From a bacterium (GTDB lineage: Bacteria > Zhuqueibacterota > Zhuqueibacteria > Residuimicrobiales > Krinioviventaceae), in the NCBI GenBank assembly GCA_963674595.2, contig CAXXFV010000016.1, positions 736,001 to 800,000 on the forward strand: a DNA stretch of 64,000 nt, given 5' to 3'. Shown in pieces: positions 60,900 through 64,000 of the stretch. The notes beneath the pieces were generated by a model. That model ran no database searches and was not told the origin of the DNA. It was given only the letters and a program-made list of their open reading frames with translations. A program made the translations under genes and the position numbers. Within the stretch, counting starts at the first letter, position 1, and each line of letters begins with the position of its first letter.

Positions 60900-61895
60900 T
60901 TAATTAATTTTATAAAAAGGTTCAATGATCTTGATGGAGGAAAAATGTTCTTTTATCAAGTTGGTGTCTTTTTTCAAGAATAAAAGTTTTACGTTTGGTC
61001 CGGCGTCAATAGTTATATATAGATGGTGCTGTTGTTTTCGAAGTTCCCAGACGTTTTCAATGATTGTCAATGTCTCCGGTTTCCAAAAAAATACCGGTGG
61101 CCAGGCCGACAGCATTGTTGCATGCATGGAAAAGGCGTTCGTTTCAGCCGTTTGTCCAAAAAGCTCAAAATCTTTTGTTGCAATAGCTTTTTTTAAGGTG
61201 GCTAAATCAGTACTGGATTTTTCCGGCCAGCTTTTATAAAGTAATGATGTTGAAACAGTATGCTGCATCGCTTGCCCGGAGCTTTGTCCTTTTGCCTCAC
61301 TGCTTACGGTTACGATACCGATACATAATTCATTCCATTGCTCAGATATTTGTTCTGCATAACAGTCCATTCCATTTGGATCTTTCCCGGCATGCCATTC
61401 CACAAAACCTTCATATATTGACCGGCTGGCGCTGCCGCTGCCGAGTCTGGCGAGCTGGGAGAGTGTTTTTTTATCCAAATTCCAGTTAAAAAATTTATCA
61501 AGAGCAAGAGTTAATGCGGCAAAGCCGGAAGCGGATGACGCCAAACCTGCGGCTGTCGGTATATTATTTTCTGTTATTACTTTGAAATAAAAATCAGACT
61601 TCGGGCGAAATAATGACAGGAAATTTTTCATCCTGTTATAAAAAGCTGATTCTTTTTCAACAGGATGGTTGTTATGTATAAAAGTGTCACAATCATCTGC
61701 CCGGTCAATTTCGGTTTTGCTTCCCAGGTTTCCCAATGAAACGGACAAGCTGGAATTAACCGGCAGATTCAGTTCAACATCTCTTTTTCCCCAATATTTA
61801 CATAGAGCAATGTTTGATGGAGCAAATGCTTTTGCATTATGAAATTGACCGCTTTTTTCTTTTAATAAAAAATTGACATACTCTTGTCTAGTCAA
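60900..61895 (-). CDS. mvaD: Diphosphomevalonate decarboxylase
   Basis: APSNIALCKYWGKR, PTAAGLASSASGFAAL, ARLGSGSASRS and TIDAGPNVK. Confidence 0.95.
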   Translation of the reverse strand: MTRQEYVNFLLKEKSGQFHNAKAFAPSNIALCKYWGKRDVELNLPVNSSLSVSLGNLGSKTEIDRADDCDTFIHNNHPVEKESAFYNRMKNFLSLFRPKSDFYFKVITENNIPTAAGLASSASGFAALTLALDKFFNWNLDKKTLSQLARLGSGSASRSIYEGFVEWHAGKDPNGMDCYAEQISEQWNELCIGIVTVSSEAKGQSSGQAMQHTVSTSLLYKSWPEKSSTDLATLKKAIATKDFELFGQTAETNAFSMHATMLSAWPPVFFWKPETLTIIENVWELRKQQHHLYITIDAGPNVKLLFLKKDTNLIKEHFSSIKIIEPFYKIN

Positions 61896-62814
61896 CGATA
61901 ATTCCTTTCTGTGATATTGTTAACGGTACTGTTTCATATTTACTAAATTTTTCTTTTAAAGTTCCAATTCCAACAACGCAGTCACCTAAACCGGACCCGG
62001 AAATTTTGGAACCATATATTCCGGCATCTTCCCGGAGGGCATAAACAATTTCGGACAATTTTTTATTATTCACACCGATGGCATCCATGAGGCCCTGGTT
62101 TACATTCAGGATTTCCCCAAGTTGTTCCCAATCTTTTTTTTCAACAGCAGGAATGGCCTGAAGAACACTTGTTTCCATGATCTGGTAAATAGGGTTGTAT
62201 ATTTTTAAATTTTGATCATAGCGATGACTGACCTGACTGATGACCTCGGTTGTCGGCATTTTACTGCCGGAATAAATAACAGTTATGGGGAAAATAGTGC
62301 TTAGTTTTATCCAGTCCTGTGGTTCATGGCGGTAAGCCAGCACACCACCGAATATACTTGCCGCCAGGTCTGCACCGGAACCGGTACCCTGGACCTCTTT
62401 AATGGTTTTTAATCCCTGGGTAAAAATTTGTTTACGATTAAGTTGTTGATTATTTAGCAGGGATAATGCTGCCGTTATTGCGGCTGTTACAGCGGCTGAA
62501 GATCCAAGTCCGACATGCGGAGTAAAATCCGATTGGATGTCCAATCGTAACCCTGTTTTTAGATTTTCTTTTTGCCTGGAAATAGCCGTTAAAATAAATT
62601 TAAAATTGGGATGCGGTGTCAGGTTTCCAAGAGTTGACGAATATTCTCCGATATCAGAAAAAATTAGAATTTTATCATCTTTTTGTGGTGTGATTTTAAT
62701 GGTTATCCTTTGGTTAACGGCACATACCATAGACAAAAAGCCGTGTAAAACAGCATGCTCTCCAAGCAGCATAAGTTTCCCCGGTGCTGATATTCTAAAC
62801 GATTCTTGCACCAT
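61888..62814 (-). CDS. GHMP kinase, probable phosphomevalonate kinase
   Basis: APGKLML.GEHAV, GLGSSAA, GSGADLAAS and KISGSG.GDC. It sits between mevalonate kinase and mvaD. Confidence 0.8.
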   Translation of the reverse strand: MVQESFRISAPGKLMLLGEHAVLHGFLSMVCAVNQRITIKITPQKDDKILIFSDIGEYSSTLGNLTPHPNFKFILTAISRQKENLKTGLRLDIQSDFTPHVGLGSSAAVTAAITAALSLLNNQQLNRKQIFTQGLKTIKEVQGTGSGADLAASIFGGVLAYRHEPQDWIKLSTIFPITVIYSGSKMPTTEVISQVSHRYDQNLKIYNPIYQIMETSVLQAIPAVEKKDWEQLGEILNVNQGLMDAIGVNNKKLSEIVYALREDAGIYGSKISGSGLGDCVVGIGTLKEKFSKYETVPLTISQKGIIVD

Positions 62815-63799
62815 TTGCTTCTCCTTTAAGAGTAAACCACGGATAGTTATAATGCTCACAAATTTTTTTGGGCGGTTCTTCGTCAAAGATCAGAACCATA
62901 CCGGCGTTTTCTCCTTTTATCGCGCCTGCCCCGGATATTTTCGCTGATGCTCCGGTTTTTTCAATATCTTTAATAAAACTTTGAATTTTTAAAGGAACCA
63001 CACCGATTTTCACCAAAAGTTGATGGTTTTTTTTAATCAGTGCACGAGTTGTATTTAAATTATTTTCCAGAATGGCCTGTTCCAGAGCACAAGTTGTCGA
63101 TTCAAAATCCTGCCAGACAGAATCGTTTTTAAATTGCGTGGCAACCTGAGAGACACAATCGCTGGTTGTGCTTTCGGGCTTTCCGGTAAACACAACATAG
63201 GCAGGCAAATTCGGCATGGGAATATCTGTAATGTCCCGGTTTTGATAACGAATAAAACCGCCGTGAAAGGATATATATGGGTCCACGCCGCTGGAATAAC
63301 CATGATAAAAATTTTCGGCCCGTAATACAAAATCCAGAAATCTCTTTTTTTCAAAGTTTAGTGAAAAAAATTCCGTCATTAATTTAAAAACACTGACCAG
63401 GGTTGCTGCCGATGAACCCATCCCTGAGCCAATTGGTATTTGCGACGAAAGTTTGATATGCAGACCTTTTTGAATTTTTACATCAAATTCCTGGATAAGA
63501 ATATGCAACAGATAAATATAGGCATCCATTGGGGTGGTGAGAGTATTGTTTTCTGAACTTTTGTTATGTACAAATGAAAGGTATCGTTCTTCAACGAGTG
63601 AAGCGATTTTTGAAATGGCATCCGGCTCTGTTTCAGATGAAATGCCGATATCCGGGCAATCAAATTTTATTTTACAAGATTGTTCTTCAATACTTTGTGC
63701 CTGTGCAAAGCGATCGACTGCCATGACCAGGGCCGGTTTTCCGTAGACAACGGCATGTTCTCCACTGAGAATAATTTTTCCGGGTGCTAAAACTTTCAA
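62795..63799 (-). CDS. mvk: Mevalonate kinase
   Basis: APGKIILSGEHAVVYGKPA, IPIGSGMGSSAA, HG.SSGVD and KISGAG. Confidence 0.88.
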   Translation of the reverse strand: MKVLAPGKIILSGEHAVVYGKPALVMAVDRFAQAQSIEEQSCKIKFDCPDIGISSETEPDAISKIASLVEERYLSFVHNKSSENNTLTTPMDAYIYLLHILIQEFDVKIQKGLHIKLSSQIPIGSGMGSSAATLVSVFKLMTEFFSLNFEKKRFLDFVLRAENFYHGYSSGVDPYISFHGGFIRYQNRDITDIPMPNLPAYVVFTGKPESTTSDCVSQVATQFKNDSVWQDFESTTCALEQAILENNLNTTRALIKKNHQLLVKIGVVPLKIQSFIKDIEKTGASAKISGAGAIKGENAGMVLIFDEEPPKKICEHYNYPWFTLKGEANGARIV

Positions 63800-64000
63800 T
63801 CAATTCTCTGATAAATACGTTGATGGTCTTTTATTCCGGCCAGTCGAAATTTTCCGGTTTTAAATTGTGGTGTAGAAAATTCACTGCCGTCTTGTGGTAA
63901 AGAGAATGTGTAGAAATTTTTATACTCATCCAGTGAGAGTTCTCGTCTTTCATCTATTAAATTTTTATGGTGTTCTTTATGCAGAAAACTCTTGTAATCT
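63796..64000 (-). CDS. mvaS: Hydroxymethylglutaryl-CoA synthase, 3' end (truncated by the window)
   Basis: Manual translation ...LIDERRELSLDEYKNFY...LPQDG...TGKFRLAGIKDHQRIYQRID* matches the typical HMG-CoA synthase C-terminus. Its stop overlaps the mvk start. Confidence 0.75.
   Translation of the reverse strand, partial: DYKSFLHKEHHKNLIDERRELSLDEYKNFYTFSLPQDGSEFSTPQFKTGKFRLAGIKDHQRIYQRID

Overview
AT-rich bacterial chromosomal segment. It probably comes from the FCB superphylum (KSB1/Calditrichota-like), inferred from a PorV-family protein, an LYQNYPNPFN-type C-terminal sorting domain and a GWxTD/TPR protein. Positions 1-17.3 kb form an accessory region in which every credible gene lies on the minus strand. 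Its genes are a nitrilase, an aldo/keto reductase, an ADP-ribosylglycohydrolase, a GH62 enzyme, a Lamassu/ABC-three-component antiphage operon and an ICL/PEPM-cupin-cupin-SSS catabolic module. These unrelated units are separated by two dispersed repeat families: five copies of a ~42 bp core, some with a related tail, and two copies of a ~140 bp promoter-plus-hairpin leader. Together they look like a non-integron cassette array, which is the most novel signal in the window. The Lamassu ATPase gene is inactivated twice, by an IS481-family insertion with a 7 bp target duplication and by an in-frame TAA. The rest of the window (17.4-64 kb) is mixed metabolic DNA. It includes CAZymes (GH151-like, GH28, GH78, GH130 fused to a receiver domain, GT4), PabB-PabC, peptidases, a porin/small binding protein/histidine kinase trio, redox genes and the 3' part of a mevalonate operon. 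No rRNA, tRNA or CRISPR array was seen. All calls come from motif recognition by eye, without database searches.
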